Shown here piece by piece: positions 25,182 to 33,683 of a stretch of DNA of 43,238 bases. How positions within the stretch are numbered: position 1 is the stretch's first letter; each line of letters starts with the position of its first letter. The notes beneath the pieces were generated by a model. That model saw only the letters and a list, made by a program, of their open reading frames with translations. It was not told the DNA's origin and did no database searches. Location of the stretch: contig CAYWEI010000001.1 in NCBI GenBank assembly GCA_964457265.1, positions 1 through 43,238 on the forward strand. Direction: 5' to 3'. This DNA comes from an uncultured Candidatus Saccharibacteria bacterium (lineage in GTDB: Bacteria > Patescibacteriota > Minisyncoccia > Phycocordibacterales > Phycocordibacteraceae). A program made the translations under genes and the position numbers.

Positions 25182-25512
25182 GGGTATATACATCGAATAA
25201 GCAGTAGCTATCTATACTGACGGTCTTCCTTCATATATCTTACATTCTTGCGGGGAACAGGTATCAGAAAATGAGATTGAGAACGATCGTGAGGACGATA
25301 CTGATAACGATGCTAGGGAGTACGAGGAACTTGATCTTCATAAATAAGCTTCTGCTGCGTTTTCTTGATAATGCCGCCTCCTTTATGTCTCCTTGCGGCG
25401 CGGATCGCTTTCAGTGGCTCTTTCTTCCGCTGCTTGCTGAAGCGGATCAATCGGGTGCCTGGAGAAGGGTCTTGCATGGAAATGAATACCCCTTAGGGTG
25501 TAGGCATATCCT

Positions 25513-26085
25513 ATGACAGAGCGCATGAAGAAATCCGAAAGCCGCTTGCCGAAAGAATGGTTCGCGCGCGACGCGACTATCGTCGCCCGCGAACTCCTCG
25601 GCAAGATCATTCGATATGGCGAATGCGCGGCCGAGATCGTGGAGACGGAAGCGTATACCACTGACGCTGCGTCTCATGGCCAGACGCTCACCGAACGAAG
25701 CCGGGTAATGTACGAGACGTACGGTCATTGGTACGTGTACTTCACTTACGGCATGCACTACTGCGTGAACGTGACGACTAATAAGGAGGGGGTGGGCGCG
25801 GTACTCATACGGGCGGCGGAACCTATCGACGGGCTCGCGCGCATGCAGGAACGCCGAGGCCTTACGGAGATCAGGAAGCTGTGCAGCGGACCGGCGAAGC
25901 TCTGCAAGGCCTTCGGAATAACGAAAGCTGAGAACGGATGGCCGGTCGAAGGCTCTTTCGCTATCCATGACGCTCCGCTTGTTCCGGATAGCGAGGTAGT
26001 CACGGGTCCGCGCATCGGCATCACCCGGGATACGGACCTTCCGTGGCGTTTCAGTATCAAGGGGAGCTCGTTCGTGAGCCGGTAG
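25513..26085 (+). CDS. mpg: DNA-3-methyladenine glycosylase (AAG/Mpg family)
   Basis: VARELLGKII...IVETEAYT..D.ASH......R..VM....GHWYVYFTYGMHYCVNV....GVGAVLIRAAEP. Confidence 0.9.
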   Translation: MTERMKKSESRLPKEWFARDATIVARELLGKIIRYGECAAEIVETEAYTTDAASHGQTLTERSRVMYETYGHWYVYFTYGMHYCVNVTTNKEGVGAVLIRAAEPIDGLARMQERRGLTEIRKLCSGPAKLCKAFGITKAENGWPVEGSFAIHDAPLVPDSEVVTGPRIGITRDTDLPWRFSIKGSSFVSR

Positions 26086-26129
26086 CTCCTGCGTACGCGA
26101 TTTCCCGGTCCGTGTGATATTTTCAGAGG

Positions 26130-26753
26130 ATGAAGACTATCGAATTCGCAGGATACGCGTGGGAGATCAAGGACAGTGACGGAAAGGTCGGTCCGGGTCC
26201 GAACGTATTCTCTGATGACGGTTCAGGAGTATACGTGGATGAAGAGGGCTTGCATCTTTCCCTATGGCAGCAGGACGGCGTGTGGAAGTGCTCTGAAGCG
26301 ATGCTCGCGTCCCCTCTCGGATACGGCACCTATCGAGTATCGGTCGCGACTCCCCTCTCCGTCATCGAGAAGCATGCCGTGTTCGCGGCGTTCCTGTACG
26401 AAGATGATATGCAGGAGATCGATATCGAGGTCTCGCCTGCCATGGTCGGCCGGGGGCTCGGACAGTTCGTGATCCAGCCAGGGTCGGTCCAAGGGAACGT
26501 GCTCGAATTCCCCGTGCCTCAAGGGGCCGCCATATACGAGATCGAATGGAAGCCCGAGGAAGTCATCTTCGCGGTATATGAGAGCGGATCCGAAGGAGCC
26601 ATACGAGTCGCCTCCGAGAGATACCCTGGACCCGGCATCATGTCGCCTGACGTCGCTCGTTTCATACTCAATCTCTGGCTCTATCGCGGGAAGAAAGCTC
26701 AGCATGAGCAGCGGGTAGTGATCAGCGATTTCTCGTTCACGCCGCTTCCGTAA
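26130..26753 (+). CDS. GH16-like / ConA-like beta-jelly-roll protein with no signal peptide
   Basis: EIDIE motif (QEIDIEV) matches the GH16 catalytic E-x-D-x-E. Beta-rich sequence, YEIEWKPEEVIF. Confidence 0.55.
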   Translation: MKTIEFAGYAWEIKDSDGKVGPGPNVFSDDGSGVYVDEEGLHLSLWQQDGVWKCSEAMLASPLGYGTYRVSVATPLSVIEKHAVFAAFLYEDDMQEIDIEVSPAMVGRGLGQFVIQPGSVQGNVLEFPVPQGAAIYEIEWKPEEVIFAVYESGSEGAIRVASERYPGPGIMSPDVARFILNLWLYRGKKAQHEQRVVISDFSFTPLP

Positions 26754-27510
26754 GCTTCGCGAGCTCTTTCGCGTTCTCGAGCGCGTAGCCGTGGAAGTCG
26801 TTATTGAAATAGACGTAGATCCGTTTCGTCTTCTTCGCGATCTTCCGTATGTATTCGTCCCACTCGCGAAGCTGTTCGGCAGAATAGCGGGAAGCGAACA
26901 GCTTCTCCGGACCATGCAGCCTGATATAGGCGATGTCGGCCGTGACTTCCCGGACGCCAGGATATCGCGAAGAATTCGCCGCGACGAGAGCGACGTTATG
27001 CTTCGTGAGAAGCGCGAACGTTTCCTCAGTGAACCAGCGGGCATGCCGGAATTCGATCGCGATATCAGGCGGAAATTTCTTCTTCCGGGCCGTCTTCGTG
27101 AAGAACGTCAGGAACTTGTCCATTCTTTTCAGATCGAACGCGAAGCTCGGGGGAAGCTGGATCACGATCGCGCCGAGCTTGCTCTCGAGCACCTGCGTCG
27201 ACTCCAGTATGTACTCGCACCGTTCTTTCACTTCAGGGGTAAGCTCAAGGCGGTTCACGTGCGTGATGAGCTTGTTCAGCTTCAGCGAGAAGCGGAAGTC
27301 TTCCGGGGTCATGCGGGACCAGGTCTTGTAAGTCGATTCCTTGCTGATGCGATAGAACGACGAGTTATTCTCGACGGTCGAGAAGTGCTCGGAAAAGAAT
27401 CTCAGCTCGTTATATCCCTGTATCTCTGCGGGATAGAAGATGCCGTTCCAATGGTCGTAATGCCAGCCGGATGTGCCGATGAATATATCCGCTCCTTTCC
27501 GTCTGGCCAT
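26737..27510 (-). CDS. DUF72 (YecE/UPF0759) family protein
   Basis: IGTSGWHYDHWNGIFYP... is the canonical DUF72 N-terminus. Confidence 0.85.
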   Translation of the reverse strand: MARRKGADIFIGTSGWHYDHWNGIFYPAEIQGYNELRFFSEHFSTVENNSSFYRISKESTYKTWSRMTPEDFRFSLKLNKLITHVNRLELTPEVKERCEYILESTQVLESKLGAIVIQLPPSFAFDLKRMDKFLTFFTKTARKKKFPPDIAIEFRHARWFTEETFALLTKHNVALVAANSSRYPGVREVTADIAYIRLHGPEKLFASRYSAEQLREWDEYIRKIAKKTKRIYVYFNNDFHGYALENAKELAKLTEAA

Positions 27511-27550
27511 GGTTACTCCCTAGTAAACAGGAGGAATCGTGAGGGATTAA

Positions 27551-27901
27551 TTAATTCGAGAGCGCGTCTGCGTCCTTCGCGCGGTTCACGGAAAGCGAGG
27601 CGATCTTCTGGCGCTCGAGAGTGAAATGGTAGTCGAAGGCGCTCGGGCTTCCGGGAAAGTCGCCGAACACGTCCGCAGTGACGGTGATGTCGGTGCCCTG
27701 CCGTATGACGTACTTAGGCATGACGGTAAGCCCGTCGTCCTTGTTCGCAGTCGCAATCCATATCCGGATATTCTCGATACCTACGATGTCAGTTCCTGCG
27801 TCATGGACCACGGCGCCAGGAGCGAAGCATCTGAGCATGGTCACGGGGTCGCGGTCATTCTTCGCCACGAGATAGGTGGAGATTACTTTAGGAAGTTCCA
27901 T
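27551..27901 (-). CDS. SnoaL/NTF2-like small protein
   Basis: AGGAG SD lies 8 nt before ATG 27901. The ~116-aa alpha+beta sequence (YLVAKNDRDPVTMLRCFAPGAVVHD) resembles NTF2-like folds. Confidence 0.45.
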   Translation of the reverse strand: MELPKVISTYLVAKNDRDPVTMLRCFAPGAVVHDAGTDIVGIENIRIWIATANKDDGLTVMPKYVIRQGTDITVTADVFGDFPGSPSAFDYHFTLERQKIASLSVNRAKDADALSN

Positions 27902-27912
27902 AGCGTAATCTC

Positions 27913-28614
27913 CTATTTGCGGCCCTGCTCGTACTCGGTGTAGTACTCGATTTTGATGTCCTCTACCCATTCGGTCCCGGGAATGATGCTGAGGACCTTC
28001 CCGAAGATCCGGGAATCCTCTTCGCGGACGACGATAGGATGATAGGTGCCATAGCTGTTCTCAGGGTTCAGATAGACCACCTCATCCACGCGGTCGAACC
28101 TCTTGATGACTGCCATGTTGCCCAGGATCGCGACCACGCGATCGCCATTCTCGACTTGTCCGGTCACCTCCACGATGACGTAGTCCCCGCTGTGGATGCC
28201 GGCGTCCTGCATGCTATCCCCTATCGCGCGGACCGCGGCGATATTCATGCTCGGGGTATGTCCCTTGATGAGGCTGCGTTCGACCATGATGTACTCGCCG
28301 AACTGGCTGTCCGCGAACACTTCCATGGCGTCGCAGCCGGCCGAAGCGATTACGGGTACCTGGATGAGGTCAGAGGACATCTGGCGCGCTACGCCTTCGA
28401 TGAGGGTGATGCCCCGGTGCTGGAAACGGTCGCGTTTGATGAGGCCCTTCTTCTCGAGTCCTTCGATGCGTTGAGTGACGCTGCGTAGCGAGCGGAGCTT
28501 GAGCATGTCGCGCATCTCCGTGATAGTCGGCGCCTGGCCATGCTTCTTCGTATGGCGCTCGATGATGGTGAGCGTCTCCTTCTGAGCGGGAGTGAGCGAT
28601 ACGAGCCGAGTCAT
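27913..28614 (-). CDS. lexA: LexA-type S24 repressor
   Basis: wHTH LTPAQKETLTIIERHTKKHGQAPTITEMRDML, a cleavage-site-like segment VPVIASAGCD, catalytic GDSM, and K in MAVIKRF. The start is placed at MTRLVSL. Confidence 0.85.
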   Translation of the reverse strand: MTRLVSLTPAQKETLTIIERHTKKHGQAPTITEMRDMLKLRSLRSVTQRIEGLEKKGLIKRDRFQHRGITLIEGVARQMSSDLIQVPVIASAGCDAMEVFADSQFGEYIMVERSLIKGHTPSMNIAAVRAIGDSMQDAGIHSGDYVIVEVTGQVENGDRVVAILGNMAVIKRFDRVDEVVYLNPENSYGTYHPIVVREEDSRIFGKVLSIIPGTEWVEDIKIEYYTEYEQGRK

Positions 28615-28648
28615 AGATGAATCATAGCACCGAGTCGCAGAAGGACAA

Positions 28649-28679
28649 CACACAACATGCTCATTTTTCCACACAACAT
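28649..28679. promoter_or_regulatory. Two 10-nt direct repeats CACACAACAT, 21 nt apart, in the lexA / exo-GIY-YIG divergent control region
   Basis: The repeats at 28649-58 and 28670-79 were read directly. Confidence 0.3.
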
Positions 28680-28729
28680 ACACAAGTTCGAAAATATTTA
28701 GTAAACTGTGTTCAGTCATCTCTGTACCT

Positions 28730-30187
28730 ATGCCTGCCCCGGACTCATCGACGATCGAAAGCCTCACGGGCGGCACCTATGCGGTCGTCGACGTCGAGAC
28801 GACCGGTACGAGCGCGACATACGGACAGATAATCGAGATCGGCATCATCCGTGTCGAGGACGGCATCATCACGGATACGTTCCAGACGCTCATACGGCCT
28901 TCGGGACCCTTGAGTCCCATCATAACGACGATAACGGGCATCGAGGATCATGACCTTACAGGAGCGCCCCGTTTCGAGCAGGTGTCGGGACGAATCGAAG
29001 AGCTCCTGCGCGATGCGGTCTTCGTGGCGCATAACGCACGATTCGATTACTCTTTCGTGAAGAGCGAGTTCAGGCGCCTAGGCATCCGCTGGAACGCGAA
29101 GACGCTCTGCACGGTTCGAGTCTCCCGTAGGCTGTATGCCCATGAGAAAGCGCACAACCTCGATGCGCTCATACGGCGGCACAGTCTCCCGATGGAGAAC
29201 CGGCACCGGGCATTCGATGACGCGCGGGCGCTCGTCGATTTCCTCGTGGCAGCCGGCAGGGATCACCCTATCGAGCGCGTCAAGGAAGCGATCGCGCACG
29301 TGCTAGGGAACCACACCTTGCCTCCCCTGCTCGATCCCGCTATCGTGAAGGACCTCCCGCACGCGCCTGGCGTCTATATCTTCTATGGGAAAGACGACGA
29401 AGTGCTCTATGTAGGAAAGAGCATAGATATCAGGACGCGCGTCCTCTCGCATTTTTCCGGAGACCATCTCTCGGGCAAGGAGCGCGTCATGTGCGAGGAA
29501 ACGTCCTACGTAGAGCATGAGGCGACCAGCGGCGAGCTCTCGGCGCTCCTCCGGGAATCTCTCCTCATCAAGGAGCTCCTGCCGCTCTATAACCGCAAGC
29601 TGCGCAAGGCTAAGAAGCTTGCGGTTATAACTTCGAGCATAGATGAAGGCGGCTATATGCGTGCCTCTATCGCGTATCATGACGGTGAGCTCGATGAATC
29701 GGATTTCGGGAATACGGAGGGCGTGTTCCGCACGAAGGCCCAAGGCACCCGATCGCTCAAGGAAGCCATGAAGGAATGGAATCTCTGCCCGAAGCTGCTC
29801 GGTCTCGAACGCGGGACGGGTCCTTGCTTTCCGTACCAGCTCGGGAAGTGCTCGGGAGCCTGCGTAGGCAAGGAAGCGGCACAGGCGTACAACGAGCGCT
29901 TCCGTCAGGCGTTCGATAAGCGGCGCATCCGGTCGTGGCCTTTCCAGGGTCCGGTCATGCTTCCTGAGGATCCGAGCGCCGACGAGGGCATCGTATACGT
30001 CATCGATCGATGGCGGATACTGAAGACGCTTTCCTATACCGCGGACGGCTACGACGAGCAGGAGATAGATTCGGAGTTCGACTACGATTCCTACAAGATC
30101 CTCAGCAAGCACCTGCTACGCCGGGACGTACGGGCGAAGCTGCTCCCCTACGAGAACGCGAAGATGGGAACCGCATCATTCGACTGA
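28730..30187 (+). CDS. DEDDh exonuclease fused to a GIY-YIG (Cho/UvrC-N-like) nuclease
   Basis: VVDVETTG, HNARFDYSF and HRAFDDA exonuclease motifs, followed by PGVYIFYGKDDEVLYVGKSIDIRTRVLSHF (GIY-YIG). Confidence 0.85.
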   Translation: MPAPDSSTIESLTGGTYAVVDVETTGTSATYGQIIEIGIIRVEDGIITDTFQTLIRPSGPLSPIITTITGIEDHDLTGAPRFEQVSGRIEELLRDAVFVAHNARFDYSFVKSEFRRLGIRWNAKTLCTVRVSRRLYAHEKAHNLDALIRRHSLPMENRHRAFDDARALVDFLVAAGRDHPIERVKEAIAHVLGNHTLPPLLDPAIVKDLPHAPGVYIFYGKDDEVLYVGKSIDIRTRVLSHFSGDHLSGKERVMCEETSYVEHEATSGELSALLRESLLIKELLPLYNRKLRKAKKLAVITSSIDEGGYMRASIAYHDGELDESDFGNTEGVFRTKAQGTRSLKEAMKEWNLCPKLLGLERGTGPCFPYQLGKCSGACVGKEAAQAYNERFRQAFDKRRIRSWPFQGPVMLPEDPSADEGIVYVIDRWRILKTLSYTADGYDEQEIDSEFDYDSYKILSKHLLRRDVRAKLLPYENAKMGTASFD

Positions 30188-30200
30188 GCAAGATAAGGAA

Positions 30201-30224
30201 AAGGACGGCGTTCATGCCGTCCTT
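30201..30224. terminator. Hairpin between convergent genes; T-tract on the minus strand
   Basis: aaggacggc-gttcat-gccgtcctt. Confidence 0.55.
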
Positions 30225-30246
30225 CCTGTCATCCTATGACTCAGCC

Positions 30247-31335
30247 TTAATACGCGAGAGTCCAGGTGGTTCCGCGGATCGGGAAGGACCCTGCGACCGT
30301 TCCGTCGGTATCAAGGGATGCAACGTCCAGCATGAGACTCTTGCCTGCGGATGCGGATGCGCTCTTGCTCACCATCGCCTTGATAGTGAAGATGCGGAAC
30401 TGTCCGGGCGAGAATGTCGCGGCGAGAGGGACGAACGCAGTGCCTGTCTTTCCGAATGGCGTCGATCCTTCGATTCCGCCGATGGCGCCTACCGACCCGC
30501 CTTTGTCGTCGCTGGTGGTGAATCCGATCACTGAGCCTACCGGGGCCGTGCCGTTCTGCTTGAGCACGATGCCGTTCATGGTCGAGGACTCCGTGCTCCT
30601 GTTCGTCACCTTGAGGTACGTGACAGGGACTGAGCTGCCGGCCTGCGCCGTGCCTCCGAACAGGAGCGGTATCATGGAGACCGAGAAGGAGGATGCGCTG
30701 TTCGCGACCGCCTTACCGATGGTGAGGTTGCCGGTGACGAGCGTATTCAGTTTCAGATCCTTCGCGCCTAGCACCTCCACTTTGTAGCTGCCGTCATCGA
30801 ACGACTCAGGCACCTTCACTTCCCACTTCCCTCTCTTCACTTTCACGTCCTTGCCAGAATACAGGATGTCATCTCCATCGCTGCTCCGGATGATGACCCG
30901 CACCGTCTTGGTGCCTTTCGCCGTACCCTTGAGGACAGGCTTCGATGCCGCAGTCGCGAGTGAAGCCTTGTCGATGGTGGCGTTCGCTAGATAGGCAGTG
31001 AACGAGCAGTCCGCCTTGCGGCTGCCGGAAGCGAAGCGATAGGCATAGACCGTAGTCTTCTTCGGCGTGAACGATGCGGTCCCGTCGAGAGTTATCGGAC
31101 CTTTCTGGGAACCAGTCGCGAGCTTGGCGTTCTTGCTCTCCCAATCGATGCGAACAGAATCGCCTTCGTTGATGAGGATCTTCCCTTTCTTAGCTATGTC
31201 GATCGTGCCGTTACGGGTGGTTACGGAAAGCGAGCATGAGGGAGCGCTTGATGCTGCCTGGGCTTGCGCTGGCACAATGAGTGCCGTGCACAGCACGAGC
31301 GTTGCGCCGAGAGCTGGGATGCGTGGGTATGGCAT
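30247..31335 (-). CDS. Secreted beta-rich (Ig-like) hypothetical protein
   Basis: Signal peptide ALGATLVLCTALIVPAQAQA. The start is ATG 31335 or the TTG at 31356. Confidence 0.6.
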   Translation of the reverse strand: MPYPRIPALGATLVLCTALIVPAQAQAASSAPSCSLSVTTRNGTIDIAKKGKILINEGDSVRIDWESKNAKLATGSQKGPITLDGTASFTPKKTTVYAYRFASGSRKADCSFTAYLANATIDKASLATAASKPVLKGTAKGTKTVRVIIRSSDGDDILYSGKDVKVKRGKWEVKVPESFDDGSYKVEVLGAKDLKLNTLVTGNLTIGKAVANSASSFSVSMIPLLFGGTAQAGSSVPVTYLKVTNRSTESSTMNGIVLKQNGTAPVGSVIGFTTSDDKGGSVGAIGGIEGSTPFGKTGTAFVPLAATFSPGQFRIFTIKAMVSKSASASAGKSLMLDVASLDTDGTVAGSFPIRGTTWTLAY

Positions 31336-31408
31336 GAGGAGTGAGGTTACGCACAAGACTACAAATAAACACTATAGCGGATGGGCGCTGCATGAATAAA
31401 AAAGCAAC

Positions 31409-31430
31409 GCGGCTCCCTCGCGGGAGCCGC
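31409..31430. terminator. Bidirectional intrinsic terminator
   Basis: aaaaaagcaac-gcggctccc-tcgc-gggagccgc-tttcagttttt. Confidence 0.65.
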
Positions 31431-31456
31431 TTTCAGTTTTTGTGATCTAAGGGAGA

Positions 31457-31690
31457 TTAGACTCCGCCGACCTGGTCGCCGACGATAGGATCCGATGCGT
31501 CCTCGATGAGCATAACGCCGCTGTGAACGCCTAGGTTCGGAGCGGTCATGAGCGCCTGGGATGCCGAAGCGGCTTCCGTCGTCCTGACCTCGCCGGTCGT
31601 GTTTACGTATGCGTACGTAGCCGCCATGGTGGCAGCCGGTACTGCGACGACTGCCGCAAGAGCGAAAACACTGAGAAGTACCTTTTTCAT
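31457..31690 (-). CDS. Small secreted protein (77 aa)
   Basis: MKKVLLSVFALAAVVAVPAATMA signal peptide. The longer track ORF upstream looks non-coding (AT-rich). Confidence 0.55.
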   Translation of the reverse strand: MKKVLLSVFALAAVVAVPAATMAATYAYVNTTGEVRTTEAASASQALMTAPNLGVHSGVMLIEDASDPIVGDQVGGV

Positions 31691-31737
31691 GTAACGTGAA
31701 TTAATTAGTCTTACTCGTATATGATACTCATTCATGC

Positions 31738-31781
31738 ATGAAGTGCTCATGAAGATTATGAAGTCTTCATTATTTATGAAG
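31738..31781. promoter_or_regulatory. Cluster of ATGAAG hexamers, including the 13-bp palindrome ATGAAGTCTTCAT
   Basis: Copies at 31738, 31749, 31758 and 31776, plus an inverted copy at 31765-70. Confidence 0.35.
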
Positions 31782-31802
31782 AAAGTCGTACAGAAAGAAC
31801 GC

Positions 31803-32063
31803 CTATGATTCGCTCGGAGTCTCCAGATGACGGGTGAAATGCTGCTTGATGGTAGCGTCGAGCGCACGGCTGAAATCGATCGCGTGCTTCGGCGAAAGGG
31901 CTATCTCCGAGACCAGCTGCCCGCTCTTGGTATTAGGCCGCACATACGCGAACTGGATGATGACTGAATCGTCGGAGACCGTGACCTGGGTGGCGTTCAC
32001 GAAGTGCGCTCTCGAATCTGCAGGCATGACGACGGATATAGGGTCTTTTTCTTTGTTTTCCAT
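31803..32063 (-). CDS. DUF3467-like small protein
   Basis: HFVNATQVTVSDDSVIIQFAYVRP resembles the DUF3467 core, from memory. Confidence 0.5.
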   Translation of the reverse strand: MENKEKDPISVVMPADSRAHFVNATQVTVSDDSVIIQFAYVRPNTKSGQLVSEIALSPKHAIDFSRALDATIKQHFTRHLETPSES

Positions 32064-32073
32064 AGGTACGTGA

Positions 32074-32271
32074 TTATGAGACGGTGTTCTGTATGGCCTT
32101 GAGGAACGTGGCTGCTGCGGAGACGATTATGTCCCAGCCATCCTTAACGTACATCCATACGAAGGCGAAGTTATCCTGCCCGGTCGGCGATTCGACGACA
32201 TGGCGTATGGATATGCCGAAATACGAAAGGGCGACGATGAGTATGAGGATCAGGATGATGAATCGGACCAT
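32074..32271 (-). CDS. Small membrane protein (65 aa)
   Basis: MVRFIILILILIVALSYFGI TM segment. This is the only protein-like part of the 275-aa track ORF. Confidence 0.5.
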   Translation of the reverse strand: MVRFIILILILIVALSYFGISIRHVVESPTGQDNFAFVWMYVKDGWDIIVSAAATFLKAIQNTVS

Positions 32272-32292
32272 GAAGGACAGTATACTACGCGC

Positions 32293-32970
32293 ATGACCGT
32301 CAAGAAGAGCGCTGGGAAAGAACGTAAGCCGAGCAAGCATGTGGCCGCGATGCTCCATTTCAAGGAAGCGGATCCTATCCTGCATGCTGCGGCTCTTCCC
32401 CATGCGGAAGAGTTGGGTAGGCGGAAGAGTCATCGGCGCAGCTACCAGCAGCTGTTCGAGGCGCTCGCAGGAGCGGTGACCGGGCAGCAGCTCTCGACGA
32501 AAGCTGCCGATACTATCTGGGGCCGCCTTAAGGCTGCCTGCGGCGGCGAGGTGACTCCGGAAGCGATCAGGAAGCTGCGTCTCCCTTCCTTGCGCAAGGC
32601 CGGGCTCTCGGCCGCTAAGGCGAAGTCGCTCAAGGAATTGTCGGCTGCGGTCCTGGCAGGCGCGCTCGACCTCTCTGCCCTCCGCAAGGTTCCTGAAGAG
32701 GAGGCTATCGCCAAGCTCTCTGCGATCTGGGGTATCGGCCGATGGACGGCGGAGATGTTCCTCATGTTCGCGCTCGAGCGCGACGATGTCTTCTCCCCGG
32801 GAGATCTGGGGCTCCGGCGAGCGATCGAGACGCTGTACGGATTGCCCAAGGATGTGCATATCCGCGAGCTCGAAGCTATCGCCGTGCGCTGGTCTCCGCA
32901 CCGTTCTTTCGCTTCGCGCGTCCTCTGGCGCGTCCGCGATGTGCCCTCGCCGAAGCCGCCTACCGACTAG
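32293..32970 (+). CDS. HhH-GPD DNA glycosylase (AlkA-like 3-methyladenine glycosylase II)
   Basis: LHFKEADPIL, GQQLSTKAADTIWGRL, IWGIGRWTAEMFLMFAL.R.DVFS.GDLGLRR. The start is ambiguous between 32293 and 32350. Confidence 0.8.
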   Translation: MTVKKSAGKERKPSKHVAAMLHFKEADPILHAAALPHAEELGRRKSHRRSYQQLFEALAGAVTGQQLSTKAADTIWGRLKAACGGEVTPEAIRKLRLPSLRKAGLSAAKAKSLKELSAAVLAGALDLSALRKVPEEEAIAKLSAIWGIGRWTAEMFLMFALERDDVFSPGDLGLRRAIETLYGLPKDVHIRELEAIAVRWSPHRSFASRVLWRVRDVPSPKPPTD

Positions 32971-33469
32971 TCCGCAAGTCCTCGAGCACTTCCCTCCAGG
33001 TAGTGACGGATGTCACGTGAGGGAGCACGTGCGCGAACTCCTCAGGGTTCTCGTCCAAGGACCGGAATCGGTACAAGTTCGGGACGATGCCGATGAGATG
33101 GCTGAGCACTTCGGCGCGGTCATCCACGAAATGGGTGATGCCGAGCTTGCTGCAGATACCTGCCTTCTCTTCCCGTTGCGAGCAGTTGAAGAAGAAATCC
33201 TTCGGTATGCCTGTCCGTCGGAAGAAATCATGATGCTCGAGCCATTCGATGGTACGGGCCGGTCCGTAGCTTCCGCTGCGGGAGACGAGGTACACGTTTC
33301 CGGCGAACCTTTCTCGGTTCAATTCTGCTAATGATTCGACAGCTCCCTCGATCATGGGAGTCTGCAAGTAGTTATCTGATCTGAAATCCAATTCTGTATC
33401 CGCGTACGGAATGAAATCGAGAATCACTCCTCCCACATCTACGCCCAGGATATCGGTCTTATTACTCAT
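32960..33469 (-). CDS. HAD-fold/nucleotidase-like protein with a degenerate motif I
   Basis: ILGVDVGGVILD occupies the position of DxDGV. THFVDD may be motif IV. Confidence 0.4.
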   Translation of the reverse strand: MSNKTDILGVDVGGVILDFIPYADTELDFRSDNYLQTPMIEGAVESLAELNRERFAGNVYLVSRSGSYGPARTIEWLEHHDFFRRTGIPKDFFFNCSQREEKAGICSKLGITHFVDDRAEVLSHLIGIVPNLYRFRSLDENPEEFAHVLPHVTSVTTWREVLEDLRTSR

Positions 33470-33530
33470 CCCGAAAGTATACCGTGAGGGCTTCACGATC
33501 CTTTAAGGCGCCCGTACGTACCATTCGCTG

Positions 33531-33683
33531 ATGATCCGCAAACTGAAAGATGGATACTATGTCCTATCAGAGACGGGACGGAATCTCGGCGGGCCGTACC
33601 TGACCCGGACGCTCGCGTTGCGCCGGCTGCATCAGGTGGAGTACTTCAAGAGAGAGAAGATCCTCCCCGGTGTATGGCGTTAA
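33531..33683 (+). CDS. Candidate 50-aa basic protein
   Basis: MIRKLKDGYYVLSETGRNLGGPYLTRTLALRRLHQVEYFKREKILPGVWR, read by hand. Its 3' end overlaps the convergent GNAT gene by 4 nt. Confidence 0.35.
   Translation: MIRKLKDGYYVLSETGRNLGGPYLTRTLALRRLHQVEYFKREKILPGVWR

Noticed and set aside
32074-32901. 275-aa minus-strand ORF overlapping the AlkA-like gene
   Set aside because: Only its last 65 codons (32074-32271) look like a real membrane protein. The rest is antisense to clear HhH-GPD motifs on the plus strand.
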